Shown: in pieces, positions 28,045 through 42,103 of the stretch | Position numbering within the stretch: position 1 is the stretch's first letter | Layout: the number at the start of each line of letters is the position of its first letter | Assembly: GCF_009914755.1 (NCBI RefSeq) | Contig: NC_060927.1 | From: the human T2T-CHM13v2.0 reference genome, Homo sapiens | DNA: 64,000 nt | Direction: 5' to 3' (one strand) | Program-made: the position numbers and the translations under genes | Notes under the pieces: model-generated | What the model was told of the DNA's origin: nothing | The model's database searches: none | The model's input: the letters and a program-made list of their open reading frames with translations, nothing else

Positions 28045-28179
28045 CATTCAGCAGCCAAGTGATCCGGGGCACTGGGGTCCCCCGTACGGAGCACTGCAGC
28101 ACAAAATCCTGGCCCTCAATAACAGCGCAGTCCTTCAGGACACTGGAGAAGGAGGGGGCCACCTCCATCACGGCAAGCC
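28045..28179 (-). CDS. MYLK: MYLK exon 12 (135 bp)
   Basis: Translates LAVMEVAPSFSSVLKDC...RITWLLN; AG/GT boundaries. Confidence 0.97.
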
Positions 28180-30323
28180 CTGTGAGGGAAAAGGACAGGT
28201 CAGCTCAGATCACAGCTTGCCCACTCTGGTGATGCCTGCAGTCACCCCAGCCTCCCAGGCACGCCTCACTGTCCTGGACACCTGGGTACCCTCGGCAGCC
28301 TGCCTTTGGCTTCTCTCTCTTCACGCTTAAGAAACAGGCAGCACCAGTGATGTAGGGACATGGAGCCTGAAGCAGAGTCACCCGCAGGGGCTTTTTCACA
28401 GTCACAAAACACCCTAGCCCTGGGGTGCTTAGAACCTGGGCCTGCCTTCTCTCCTCTGTGACTCAGGTGCCTCCTGCTTTGCCTTGGCTTTTGCTGCCCT
28501 CGAGCCTCTGGAGAGCTCCTTCCTGCTTGTTGGTCCTACTCTATTTTCTAGTGTCTCTTATCTTCTTTAATATGTCCCATCAGTGATTACACAATCTTGT
28601 GAGTATCTCTTTACTTGTATAAGCCACAGGCTCACAGGTGAGGACATTTCAATTTTAAATTATTACAATGATTTTTTTCCAATTCCAGAACTGAATCATA
28701 GGACTCACATGTGCTCCAGTTTTCTAAGCACAGCTTGCACCCCATTCTAGGTCAAGGGCTCAGAGCTGCCGGGGACCTGGGAATATGCAGTAATGATGCC
28801 CTTGTGTGGTTTGAATGCACATTCTGGTTGAGAACTGCTGAGCTGAACTTTCCAAAAGCCTTCTACATCAGTGAATTAGGGGACATTTTCTAGTTTGGGG
28901 ACCTTAATTAAGAGCAATAGGGATAATCTCTTCTATGACAACCAGAACATGCTGTACATGTGTCAAGGTGGCTGATAGCTGAGAAAAGGTGGAACTGGAT
29001 TTGGTGCTTAGAAGATATATCACTGGTGCTTTTCAAGAGAGCCTATTCAATACAGAAATGAGAAGAAATGTCATATTATACTGCAGGGGTTTATGGGCAA
29101 GAAAGCTAATAAGATGTGAGGGCCTACTATGTGCCAGGTACTTTTCCAGATGTGATTACGACAATGTTATGAGGTTGTTCTCTTGAGTTCATTTTACAGA
29201 CAAGGTTACTAATTTCCCATAGTTGAACTCGATGCTGAAGCCAAGTTTTACAGCCAGCTCTGACTGTACAGCTGCACTTTCTCCTCCAGATCCTAGGGGA
29301 GGATAGGCGATGGGAGGGCAGCGACAAGACAGAGTGATGGTGTACCTGGACAGGCCTGGCACTGAGGGAGGGTCAGACAGACCACCCAGAAGGTGTGGGG
29401 AGGCACCCTCTCCATCCCTCCCCTTGGCCAGTGTTGAACTCCCTCATTAGAGAAATGCCTTTGGGAGTTATCAAAAAAGGATATAGGCTTTCATGCCAGG
29501 TCAGTTTGGGTTAGAAATATGCTCTCTTTTACAAGGCATGTGAACTTGGACAAGTCATTTAACCTTACTAAAGATCAGTATTCTTATCTAGGAAATGGGT
29601 ATGATTTTCTTGTAAGATTGTTGGGATAACTAAATGAAACAATTCAGGTAGAGCATTTAGCACAAAACCCAGCATAGCACATCCTCAGTGAGTGTTAGCT
29701 GTTATTATCAAGTAGAAGCTGTGCATAGAGACTCTACTTGAGGCAAATATAGTCTAGGGATGAAAGAGAGTGGAGGGATAGAGTAGGAGCTGCAGGGGCT
29801 CTCAAGTGGAAGGAAGATTTTCTTTCCTTTTTCAGCATAGGGACAACTACAGCATGCTTGTAGGGAGAAAAAAGAGGTCTCTCAATAAGGGAAGGGGAAA
29901 GATTGAAGAAGTGGTGAGAGAGTAAATCATTGTTAGATCAGATCCTTGTGAAGATGGGAAGGGACAGAAAGAGAAGTCTTGGGAAGGGAAACAGACAGGT
30001 ATTCTGTAGTATAGGAAAACAGAAAGAGAGAAGTATGTAGGAGGAGCTAAAAGAACACCCATCAGATGACCTGCTTCATGGTAAACTCATCTGCCAAGAA
30101 TTAGCTAGGATGTTTAGGAACTGGAGAAGTTTTAGAAAAGCGAGTGTCTTCATCAAGAAGATAGGATGTGGAATGGCAAAGTAAAGACCTCTGAAGATCT
30201 ACTCCTCCATAAAAGCAACAACAATACTGGCAAAAAGAGTCAAAAGCAACGGTTTCAGAATGCCAGAAATTAACCACAGGCTTGCAACATTCTGAGGAGC
30301 ATTCAATAAAAACAAACAAACAT

Positions 30324-30615
30324 CCAGGAGTGGTGGCTCAAGTCTTTAATCTCAGCACTTTGGTAGGCCAAGGCAGAAGGACTGCTTGAGCCAGAAGTTT
30401 GAAACCAGCCTGGGAAACATAGCAAGACTCTTGTCTCTACCAAAAAAAATAAAATTAAAATATTAGCCAGGCATGATGGCATGTGCCTGTAGTCTCACTT
30501 AGTAGGCTGAGGCAGGAGGATTGCTTGAGCCCAAGAGTTTGAGGCTGTAGCAAGCTATGATCACGCCATTGCACTCCAGTCTGGGTGACAGAGCGAGACT
30601 CTGTCTCTAAAAAGT
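30324..30615 (+). mobile_element. AluJ-like element followed by (CAA)n-rich sequence
   Basis: Diverged dimer with GGATTGCTTGAGCCC. Confidence 0.85.
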
Positions 30616-31700
30616 AAAAACAATAAACAACAACAAAAAACCCCAAACAACAATACCCTGCCCCTCCACCCTCCCAAACAACAAACAACAACAACAACAA
30701 CAACAACAACAATAAAACATAGCTGAATCTTGGTAAGAACAGCAAGCTATGTGCTTTTTCACTCTTGTGCCCCTTGCCCCAGCTCTGGGGTAACTCTGAA
30801 AACCGACAGTACCTATGGTACTTGTGAAAATCAGCCACTTAGCAAGGGGCAGGATGGGTTCAGAGCTCCTGAAAAACCCCATGCGTAAGAGAATGGTCAC
30901 TATTTGCCCTGTCTGGCAGCTCCTTCAACGACTCCATTTTCCGGGTTGTCTTTGTTTAATCCGACTCAAAGTTTACTCTGTGTGGATGGCCCTGTCTCCA
31001 GGATGTTTGTTAAAATCAATCAGTAGCAATTGTTTAACGTTATAGCTACTTGAGACAGCAATATCATTCGGAGCTAACAAGAGCCTGACCAAAAAACTTC
31101 AAAGGAAAAACTGGGGAATGAGATGTCCAGGACTTTGAAAAGCTCTGACAGATTCCTGAGAACTGAGGAGCCCAAATGGATGTGCAGGGCTGTGAGCCTG
31201 CCCAGGAAAGATGTAAGAAGGCCCTCCTGTCTCACCTCTGGCTGACTTGGAGCTTTGGTGCAAGCAGAAAGTAAAGGCTAAAGCAGAGCTGTAAACTGCT
31301 GGCCGGAGCACTGAAGATGGGCGTAACACACACACAGAGCCCCTTGGCAAAGGCTGGGAAAAGTATTAGTTCAAGGCATTTAAGGAACTCTCCATCCAAT
31401 CAATTAGGTGATCACTAAACTAACTAAGCAGGGACTTCTGTGGCCGCACATGACAAATAATCCAGCCTTTACAGAATGGGAGAGGATTATTGTAAATCAT
31501 GTCTGGTAAATGACTTGTATCCAGAATACATAAAGAACTCTTGCAACTCAACAATAAAAAAGTAAATGATGCAATTAAAACATGGGTAAAGTATTTGAAT
31601 AGGCATTTCTCTGAAGGAGATATACAAATGTCCAATAAGTATATGAAATGATGCTCAAAATCACTAGTCATCAGAGAAATGCAAATCAAAATTGCAGTCA

Positions 31701-32338
<638 letters not shown>

Positions 32339-34996
32339 CAAGAAACCAAGCAAGCAAGCAAGAAAATAACAAGTATTGGTGAGAATGTGGAAAAACTGCA
32401 ACACTTGTACATTGCTAGAAGAATGTAAAATGGTGAAAAACAGTTTGTTAGTTCCTCAGAGGGTTAAATCCAGAATTACCTTATGACCCAACAATATATG
32501 TGGTCTAAACATCAAAATTGAAAACAGGTATTGAAAACAACTCATACATAAATGTGCATAGCAACACTTTTCACCATAGCTAAAAAGTAGAAACAACCAC
32601 ATGGACCTTAAGTGATGCGTGGATAAACAAAACACTGTATGCTATACCCATACAATGCAATATGATTCAGCCACATGGATGAATGAAGTACTAACACCTG
32701 CTACAACACAGATGAACCCTGAAAACATTAAGCTAAGAGAAAGAAGCCAGACACAAAAGGCCACATATTGAATGATTCCATTTAACATCAAATGTTCAGA
32801 AGAGGAAAACCCATAGAGACAAAAAGTATATTAGTGGCTATCAGGGGTTGTGGGGATGGGAGAACAGGGAGTGACAGCTAATGGGTAGGATTTTTTTGGG
32901 AGGGGTAGTGAAAATGTTCTGAAATCAGATGATGGTGATGGCCACACAACTCTGTGAATATATTAAAAACCACTGAATTGTGTACTTTAAAAGGGTGCTT
33001 TTTATGTTATGTGAATTATATCTCAATAAAGCTGTCACACAAAACACAACAAGATAGGGAATCAACCTGAGATGTATTACCCCATGACGCGAACAGGCTA
33101 AAAATAGTCTTCTGTGAGACTTAGATGAATTCACAGCAGAAGAAGCCACAGGAGAATCTAGGCCCTCTGGATACGCCATTAATCTGTGGTGGACCTGACA
33201 CCATATTTCTGTCCCCTGCGCAGGGATAGAGACCTGGCCTGGATGATGAGGCTTGATCTCCTAGACCTGTGAACTCTGCCTACCAGCACTCCCACCTGCA
33301 AATGGCATGGATAATATTTCTTGTAAAGGAATTCACGAGGATAGTAAAAATCCCAGTTAAACAACAGTTAAAATCCCAGTGAATCAACAGTATACAGTGA
33401 AAAGTAAGATGCCCCATTCCTTCCTGTGAACCCCTAGTTTCCCCTTCCTAGAGGGACTTTTGTGCTCTTCCAGAAATGATTTGTGCACACACAGGCATCT
33501 TTTGCATGTGTGTACACAGATCTTTTCTTCCATTTACACATGAGCCTGTACTTTGCTCCTCTCCCTTCCTAGTGCATCTTGAACATGTTTTAGCATCAGT
33601 CTACAGGATGTTGTCTGGCATTCTACTATATGGATACATCACTAAGTCTTTTTTTCTTTTGGAAATGTGCATTTTGAAAATTTTCAAACACACACAAAAG
33701 TAGACAAAGCAGTGTAGTGAATTCCTATGTACCCATCTCTCAACTTTCATTTATATCAATATTATTTCATTGATATCCCTGCCAGTGCTCCCCAAACATG
33801 AATTATTTCTAAGTCAAATATAAAAAGCCATATCATTTCACCAGTAAATAACTCAGGATATATCTCTCAAACAGATGAACTTATAAAAAAAAAAAAGTAA
33901 CAAGACCACCATCACATCTTAAAACACCACGAATTCCTTTATATTAAATCTTATCAGTGTCCAAATTCTCTTGATGTTCCCATAAAAACTTTTTAAAGAT
34001 TATCTCAGTCAGGATTGGCAGAAGATTATCAAAAATTATTGTAATTGTTGATGTTACTATATACCTTCTAATATAAGTTTTCTATAGGTTGTCTTTTTTT
34101 TTTTTTTTGCTTGCAATTTGTATGTGGAAAAAAAATGGGTGAAAGTTATTTGTTCCACAGTTTCCAGCAGCCTGCAATTTGCAGATTCTACTCTTGTGGT
34201 ATTTGTTAATGCATTTCTCAAGGGTATGGCATGGGCCTGGGGCTTACATATGCATTTAGAGTAAGGGGGAAATTTTATAGAGATAGACAGGTACAAGAAT
34301 ATTTATCATAGGTATGTTATAATAGTGAAAAATGGAAACAATTTAATTATTCAACAAATAACAGCATACCTAAATTAGATACAGCCATTTCATGCAATAT
34401 TATATGGCTACTAAAAGTCATGCTTTCCAAGAATTGTATAAAAAGATGTTAATATCACATGAGCAAATTAGGATAGAAAGCAGTATACAAATACCACAAT
34501 GGTAAGTTTGTATAAAAAACATTAAAATATAATTTATTTCTGAGTCATAAGGTTATATATTGTTTAAATTCCCCACAATGAACATGCATTACTTTTATAA
34601 ACAGACAGTACAATAAACATAAAAGATGTGGGATCCCACATCATCTCACATTACTCTAAACCTGTATATTTAATGAACACTCAGTTCTCTGTGGTTACAA
34701 ACGTGAGTCACGGCACTATTCAAACAGCTGAGGGACCTAGGAAAGGTAGCTGTCAGTTGGGCTGGGTGTGGGGCCATGCATGTTTATTTTGAGGTGATTC
34801 TGATGTGAACTCCTGATTATGAATCACTGGCCTAGAGCAACACACTTGGCCTTGGCATGTGATTGGGGGTGACATTTCTGTCGGGCTGTGCACCAAGGCA
34901 GGGGGCTATAGGAGATGAACCATCTGCAGAAGGTGAAGCACCCCATGAATGGTTGTCCCACAGAGAATGCGGGGTGACCTGGAGAAGTGTACTCAC

Positions 34997-35203
34997 TTTC
35001 CACTTGGAGGGTCCAGCTACAGGACACCTGGCCTTGGGCGTTGGAAGCAGTGCAGCTGTATGTCCCACTGTCCCTGGTCCGGGCTTTCAGCAGGCAGAGG
35101 TAATGGGAGCCAGCATCTTCATAAACCTCAATGCTGCCTTCCTGTCTCCTCACGGGGGTGCCTTCCAGGAACCAGGCCACTTCAGGCTTTGGAATCCCGG
35201 AAA
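34997..35203 (-). CDS. MYLK: MYLK exon 11 (207 bp cassette; included in nmMLCK1, skipped in nmMLCK2; carries Tyr464 and Tyr471)
   Basis: Translates SGIPKPEVAWFLEG...EVYEDAGSHYLCLL...WTLQVE; length divisible by 3. Confidence 0.97.
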
Positions 35204-35787
35204 CTACAGGGCCAGGTAAAGAACGTGAGCTCCCTATGCCCTGGAGAGCACCCTGTGATTGTGAGGTAGGTGGGGAAGGTGTGAGCTGGAGGAAAGGGCT
35301 CAGTTTGGTGTGGAGCTGCCCTCCCACCTCTGAGTCTGCTTCCTCACCCTCAACCACACTCCACAAGACGAAACCTCTTGAGAGAGTCAGGGGCCTTGAG
35401 GAGGATGAATACAGCGTGATGGGCAAGGTCTCCAGGTTGGCCAAAGCCAGGCAAGGGGAAGAAAGGGCGGAGGAGACCATGAGGTTTGCTTTTCGATGTT
35501 GGCGATAATGAGGGTGTTTCTTCTAGGGTGGTAAGAACTAGGGCCAGGGCCAGTACTCTATCCAAGAGCAAACAACAGGCTACTGTTAGGGGTCTCTCCA
35601 GAATAAAGGGCATTTCTACAATGAGTCACTCCTAAGGGGAAGGCCCTTGTAAGGTGGTTTTCTAGGGGAGCTAGTCCAAGAAGATGAGTGGATATAGGTG
35701 ATGCAGACTAGCTGGGTGCTGAAGGAAGGGAGTGGCCACCAAGGGGCTACATTTTGGCAATCGGTGACCCTAATTACCTCTACTCAC

Positions 35788-36323
35788 CTTCACATCTGAA
35801 CTTGACAGTTTGATTTTCCTTGACCTCCTGGCTTTGGGGCTTGCTCTCAAATTTGGGGAATGCTGAATCCCTCTGGCCCTCCATGGGGATTCTCCTGTTA
35901 GCAGCCTTGCTCACAACATCTTGGCTCCCCAGGCCAGGCTGCCTGGTGGGGAAGGTGGCTGGACGGGGAGGAGCTGGCCTCTTCCTCTCTTCTCCAGAAG
36001 GTGATAGGACCCCCAGGCCTGGTGCTCTTGGTTCCGGCTGAACTCTTGCGGCCTGCAGGGTGATGGAGCTGGAAGTCTTCTGAAGGACCGGAGTCTGCGG
36101 GGCCGTTCTGGGCGAGTCCTTGCATGACTCCAGCTTGGACTCCCTTGGGGGCTGAGGCTGGCTGTTTGCAGCCCAGGGTGGGGAGCCACCTCTCTGGGGG
36201 CTGGAGCAGTTCTTGCTTTTGGCTGCAGCCTCCAGACTGTCCAGCTTCGACTCCTTTGAGATTACATTGGTCACCTCTTTCCTGACATCTGAATTGGTGG
36301 CTTTTGTTTCTCTCACAAATGAC
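35788..36323 (-). CDS. MYLK: MYLK exon 10 (536 bp), Pro/Ser-rich linker
   Basis: Translates SFVRETKATNSD...TVKFRCE; AG/GT boundaries. Confidence 0.97.
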
Positions 36324-37498
36324 CTGTGTGGTGGTGAGGGTGGGGGTAGGGTGGGTGAGGAGAGGGGAGAATAGAATGATCATCTGGTTACTCACAAATA
36401 TTACTCATCACAAGCACGGATTCCAGGGATCACAAAAGCCCACAAGTTAAGGGCAAGTAAGAGCATCTTTCTCTGCAGTTTGCCCAGTTTCCCAAGCCAC
36501 AGCACAAGCAGCCATTCCCGACACTTGCCTGTCCCACAACCCTGCCCAGAGCCCTGCTTTCCCTACAGTTCCCTTCTCTACTAGTGCCTCCGTAGTTCAA
36601 CCTCTGCCACCGGTGTCCCGTGTCCACTCTGCCCTCTCTAATCTATTTTCTATACAGCGACCATAGTCGATCTTTTAAAAACATTAATCAAATTATGTCA
36701 TTTCAAGCCCAAGGATTTTCCAACAGCTTTTCCACTACTTTAAGAATGAAACTGAGCCCCACAAGAGGGCCCACAGGAATGCCAGCTCCTGATCGTACAG
36801 ACATTGGCCTGCCATTCACCAGGCTGCGGCCACACTGGCGTCCTTCTGGGTCCCCATGGGCCCATCTCTTGGTTCACAGCTTGTACATGCTATCCCTGCT
36901 GTTTGGAGCACACTCCCTGAGCTTTTCTTCACCAGCTAACATTCCTTTGCACAGGTCTGAGCTCAAATACCAAGTTCCCAAAATGGCTTCCCTGCCCCTC
37001 TATTCTAATCAGTGCCTTCCTGTTGTCCTTCCTCACAGACCCATCCCAGTTGGTAATGTGCGTTCGTGTGGTTTAAGCCCTCCTCTACGCCCACCCCTGC
37101 ACATCCAGCATCTAGCGCCGAGCCTCACACACAGGAAAGAGGCTCCTGCTGGGTCTGGGCTGGATGAGTGAACAGATTCCGCCCTGGAATGAGGAAGGCG
37201 GCCTTCTCAGAGCAGTGTTCTTCCTCAGGATGCTAACCAGAGAAGAGACTGTGTAGATACTGTGAAAGGTGGCAACACTGAGTTTTCCAGTCTCAATACT
37301 GACAGCAACCTGAGATAGAACCCGTGTGTCATATTACAATAGGAGAACAAGACAAAACACCCAAAATAAAACAACATCCTCCAAATGGCCAATTCTTCTG
37401 CCCCATAAGATGATTCAGAAATTCAGGGCATTTCTCGGTAACATCCTTGCAGGGCATTTCAAGAGGGAAAACGTAAAAGTCACAAAGCCTAGACATAC

Positions 37499-37517
37499 CT
37501 ATTGGCACTGTCCAAAC
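37499..37517 (-). CDS. MYLK: MYLK exon 9 (19-bp microexon)
   Basis: ttttccag|GTTTGGACAGTGCCAATAG|gtatgt; encodes GLDSANR and restores the frame between exons 8 and 10. Confidence 0.93.
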
Positions 37518-39051
37518 CTGGAAAAAGGGGGAAGGGTGGAAAGACTGTTAGTAGAATGCTGTATACACCAAAATTTCCCTCCCCAGGCACTTCCTCATCA
37601 CCGTGGTCCCACCCTGCTGGCTCCTTCCAGCTTCCCTGGTGCTGAACGTCTTTGGCCTTTGAACTCCCCCCAGCCCTAGAGTACATTGTCAAAGCTTCAG
37701 GTTCTGTCCTTTGGGCTTCTTAATAGTGGCTGGTGCTACCATACCCTGAGGGCATGGAATCTGTTTCTGTTCACTAAACAGAAGGAAAAAAAACCAATCC
37801 AGGGACAAACAAACATCTACTGAAAATTCCAAACCCAAATGCTGTAACTTAGCAGTGTACAGAAAAGCATACTTTTAATGTTATCCAGTTCTTCAAAGAA
37901 AAAACATAAAATACATATTTTTCCTGCTATATTCTTTCTCAAATTTTATCATGGTAAACTTAAAAATATACAATAGTAGAAAGAGATAACAAACCCTGAA
38001 AGCCATCACCACGATTAAGGAGATACCACATTTTGCCAGTCTTATATATCCATTTTTGTTTTCTTTCGTTTATTTGTTTTTGAGTATTTTAAAACAAATA
38101 TCAGGCAACATATTTTGTCATGAAGTCCATCAGGAGGGAATAGTATTTAACTGAATGTCAGGGCAGGCACACATTGCTCTGGGTGTCTGGTGGCATCTCC
38201 TTATTCAGCAGTGAGCCACCAAGTCAGGTCCTCCGGTCAGGACCAGGATTTCTTGTTTTAGTGATGTCAAGTGAAATAGAGAATACCAGCATGCACTGTA
38301 CACAGTACGGTCAGGATGGTTTCCTGAAACTTGTTTACCTATGTATACATGTTCTGGGTTGCAATGTACTGTGAAATATATTTCTTTCTGTAGATTGTGA
38401 AAAATACCCAGGCCAAAAAAAGTAACAAGAGCAAAGATGAATCGTTTCTAAGAAGAAGGAGATGCAGAACAGAAAAATCAGAAGAAAAGAGAGGGACAAA
38501 GAAGGAGGAAGGACTGAAAGCCACTTCCCTTCCTGACCCCCGAGTTCCTGCTCCAGTAAAGTGACATGCAGCCCCTTCCCCATCCCTGCACTCCCTCCTC
38601 AGCCCGGACTTGAGGAACCAAAGAACTGTAAGGAGGAGACGTGTTCAACAAGACTTACAAGGAAGAACTGACAGGGCTGACGACTCAAGGAGAAAGAGGC
38701 AGGGGTCAAAAGGATGCTGGAAAGTCCAGTCTGGGTGTGAAGGAACATGGGAACCCTGGTAGAGGGGGTCAAGTCGAAGGATCGCCTGACTTGAAAGACA
38801 GAGTAAACTATCAGTAAATTCTGGGCAGGTTAAATTTGGGGTGATGGCAAGACGTTAGCAACATTCATTCTTCCAGTTGGCAACCACAGATACAAAAGGG
38901 AGTCCGGGTGAGAAGAAAGGACTGAAGACATGGTGGGGGAGACTATGGGAACACAAGGGAAGGTGGCAGCCAAGCACAGGGCATCTTCCCTCGTGGCCAG
39001 GTCTGCGCTGCCCTGTTCACCCTTTCTTCTTGTCAAAGACCTGCCCCTTGT

Positions 39052-39339
39052 GGCCGGGCGTGGTGGCTCACACCTGTAATCCCAGCACTTTGGGAGGCCA
39101 AGGCAGGCAGATCACTTGAGGTCAGCCTGGCCAACATGGTAAAACCCTGTCTCTACAAAAAATACAAAAATCAGCCGGGCGTGGTGGTGTGTGCCTGTAG
39201 TCCCAGCCACTCAGGAGGCTGAGGCAGGAGAATCGCTTGAACCTGGGTGGCGGAGGTTGCAGTGAGCTGAGGTCATGTCACTGCACTCCAGCATGGGCGA
39301 CAGAGCAAGACTCTGTCTGAAGAGAAAAAAAAAAAAAAA
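39052..39339 (+). mobile_element. AluS with a small left-arm deletion and TSD AAAGACCTGCCCCT
   Basis: Dimer; direct repeat on both flanks. Confidence 0.9.
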
Positions 39340-39479
39340 GACCTGCCCCTGGGGAGTGCCTGGGTGTGTGAGTGGGCCAGGTGTATACACACACAGGTGC
39401 GCAGTGAACAAGCAGCTCCTCTAGGAGGGTGCGGCACCAGGCAGGGATCGTTCTGCACTAGCCGTCCACTGGTCGATAC

Positions 39480-39645
39480 CTTGGATGGAAAGTTCAGCTG
39501 ACATCGAGGCCTTCCCCGACCCGTTCACCACCAGGCACGTGTACACTCCCACGTCATCTTGGTTGACTCCATGGATTTCCAGAACCTGCATGCCGTTCTT
39601 CTCAGACACAGACACACGGGCACTCGGCTGCAGTGGAACATTTCC
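39480..39645 (-). CDS. MYLK: MYLK exon 8 (166 bp), Ig2
   Basis: Translates GNVPLQPSARV...DVGVYTCLVVN...LSIQ; AG/GT boundaries. Confidence 0.97.
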
Positions 39646-40603
39646 CTGTGGATGGCAATGGGGTAACTTGGTCATACAAATCTGCTTACCTTCTGGCTGT
39701 GTCCTCCTGCCTCCTGCCAATCCTAGTGGGATAGACTCCAGGGCCTGGGCAGCAGCGTCCTCTGCTGTGGGCCCTGTCAATGTGCTCAGAGAGCCAACTT
39801 TAAACAGTTCAGGGGCCCTGACTTGAGGTCTGTGGATGTGGTGTGGTGCTCTGTCCTGCTTAGAGCAGTTGCCTGAAAACTGTTTCAAAGGAGCCTGAGT
39901 TTGAGGTAGGAAATCCCATATTCCTCACTTCAGTTTTTCCTTACCTCCCCATTCCTTTTATTCTTTTCCTAGGGGAGTTCAAGAGAATTAGGAAGCAGGT
40001 AAAAGGTGTCAATACCCACTTTTACCCAGGCATTCCAACTCTGAAAAACCTATTCCCCTGGCCATGACTCTACCTGTTCCCCTAGGATCCTCACTGCCCT
40101 GTTTAACAGCCATCCCCAACCCCATGCCACTGCCTCCCTGCCCGCCCACCTCTCCCCCTTAAGCTTCACTTCCCCCAGCCCTGAATGATTTATAAATCCC
40201 TTCTACATGGAGGCTCCTGACAATATTTTGAGGTAGGTGGTATTATTTCTATCTCACCGATAAGGAAACCAGGATTCCAAGAAGTCAAATGACTTATCCA
40301 GCTTCACAGGCTTTATAAACCAGGGAGCTGTGGCTTAACACCTAGAACCCTAACTTCACAGTCCACTCTTGAGATTGTCAGGCTTGTCTTGACTCAGAAG
40401 TTTTCTGCTATTTTGTGAGTGTGAGAATTGTCAGAACACTGTGGTCTGAGTAACAGAGGGAGAGTTGTAATAGGGACAGGAACATGCATCCCTAACAAAC
40501 ATACAGAGAACCCCTGAGAACCGCCTGAAACAGGAGGAACAGAATGGAAAGACTCCTACTAGTTGAAGGGTCTAACCCTGAATTTTCAGGGTCCCTAGGG
40601 CTA

Positions 40604-40963
40604 TGATATGGTTTGGCTGTGTCCCCACCCAAATCTCATCTTGAAATGTAGCTCCCATAATTCCCACGTGTTGTGGGAGGGACCCAGTGGGAGGTAACTG
40701 AATCATAGGGTGGGTTTTCTCATGCTATTCTCATGACAGTGAATAAGTCTCATGTGATCTGATGGTTTTATAAAGAGGAGTTCCCCTGCACATGCTCTCT
40801 TGCCTGCCGCCATATAAGGCATGACTTGGCTCCTCATTCACCTTCTGTCATGATTGTGAGGCCTCCCCAGCCATGTGGAACGGTGAGTCCATTAAACCTC
40901 TTTCCTTCATAAATTACCCAGTCTCGGGTATGTCTATTAGCAGCATGAGAACAGACTAATACA
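40604..40963 (+). mobile_element. THE1 (THE1B-like) solo LTR
   Basis: TGATATGGTTTGGCTGTGTCCCCACCCAAATCTC...ACAGACTAATACA, 360 bp. Confidence 0.92.
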
Positions 40964-40998
40964 GGATGGATCAGGGTCAGGGCAGACAGAAACCTCAC

Positions 40999-41164
40999 CT
41001 TGAGCCAGGTGACCTGCGGTTGGGGCCGGCCAGTGATCTTGCAGGAGAATCGTCCCATCTGTCCTTCTTTGACCACAACTCGGCCCAGCTTGGTAGCAAA
41101 CTTTGGTGGGCACTCCCCCCAGATGCTAGGACGGGTCTCCACTGCTGAAGCTGAAAATCTATCC
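40999..41164 (-). CDS. MYLK: MYLK exon 7 (166 bp)
   Basis: Translates DRFSASAVETRPSIWGECPPKF...QVTWLK; AG/GT boundaries. Confidence 0.97.
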
Positions 41165-41269
41165 CTGTAAGGAAATTGGCAGAGAATCCAGTCCCAGACA
41201 AGGCAGCAATTCAACCATCCTCTCTCCACCTCACTCAAAGGCACTAAGTTAAGGTCAGAAGCCATCAAA

Positions 41270-41745
41270 GTGTAGCCTTCCCAATTTTATGCCTCAGAAA
41301 CTTTCTCATGCTCTCTCTAGAAAAATGTGTGGCACCAAAACCTATTTCCTCTACCTCTTGGGCATGCAGCTAGACTTCATTTACTAGCCTTCCTTGCAGT
41401 TAGGCATGCCTGAATTCCACTGAGCCCTGGCTGAAAGCCTGGGTTTTAGCCAGGAGACCATGAGCAGAAGAGCTGTATGCCACTTCCAGGGCCGACTCAT
41501 AAGAACCTCCTATGAGGCTCTGCAGTCTCTCGTCCACTCTGCTGGTGAGATGCAGAAGGCCCAGTGGGGGCTCAAGGGCCTAGGAGATGAAACTATAAAA
41601 TGGAAGAAGCCTGGGCTCCTGGAAGATAATGTGGAAGGCTCTCCCCATGTTCCAGGATATCTGAACTGAACTTTCCCTGAGTAAGAAACAAACTTTCCCT
41701 GGGTTGAGCCACTGTGATTTGAGGCTTGTCTGTTACAGCAGCTAC
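41270..41745 (+). mobile_element. Old MLT1-type LTR
   Basis: 3' end GCCACTGTGATTTGAGGCTTGTCTGTTACAGCAGC resembles MLT1. Confidence 0.55.
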
Positions 41746-42054
41746 TGTTACCCGCCTCTTCTAGGCTTGCTTATTTCAATCTTCTGACTATTGCCTTGAT
41801 TGTTAGAGTCCACTGCAGACTCTGGCCACCTCTCCCACTTCCTTACATTTAGCAGCTGGGCCAGTCAAAGGAGCCAATCACAGAGGCAGCCAGGTCAGGA
41901 GGTGCTGTGTAAATGACACATCTCATTGTACTAGGCTCCCGCCCTTTGGTTATTATAACCTAGGAGAGCCAAGACTTACTCCCCAGACCTATCCTGCTCA
42001 AGTCAGCAGGAAAGCAATCCAACCCTTACTCTGTCTTGAACATCCAGGACTTAC

Positions 42055-42103
42055 CCTAAGGTTTTGGAAACAACAGGCTGACCAAGCTGCTTCGCAAAAC
42101 TTC
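42055..42103 (-). CDS. MYLK: MYLK exon 6 (49 bp)
   Basis: Translates SFAKQLGQPVVSKTL; ttgcag acceptor and gtaagt donor. Confidence 0.95.

Noticed and set aside
34824-35480. 218-aa ORF extending exon 11 into both flanking introns
   Set aside because: Retaining intron 10 hits a TAG at 35780-35782; the flanking translation is not Ig-like and looks like chance openness
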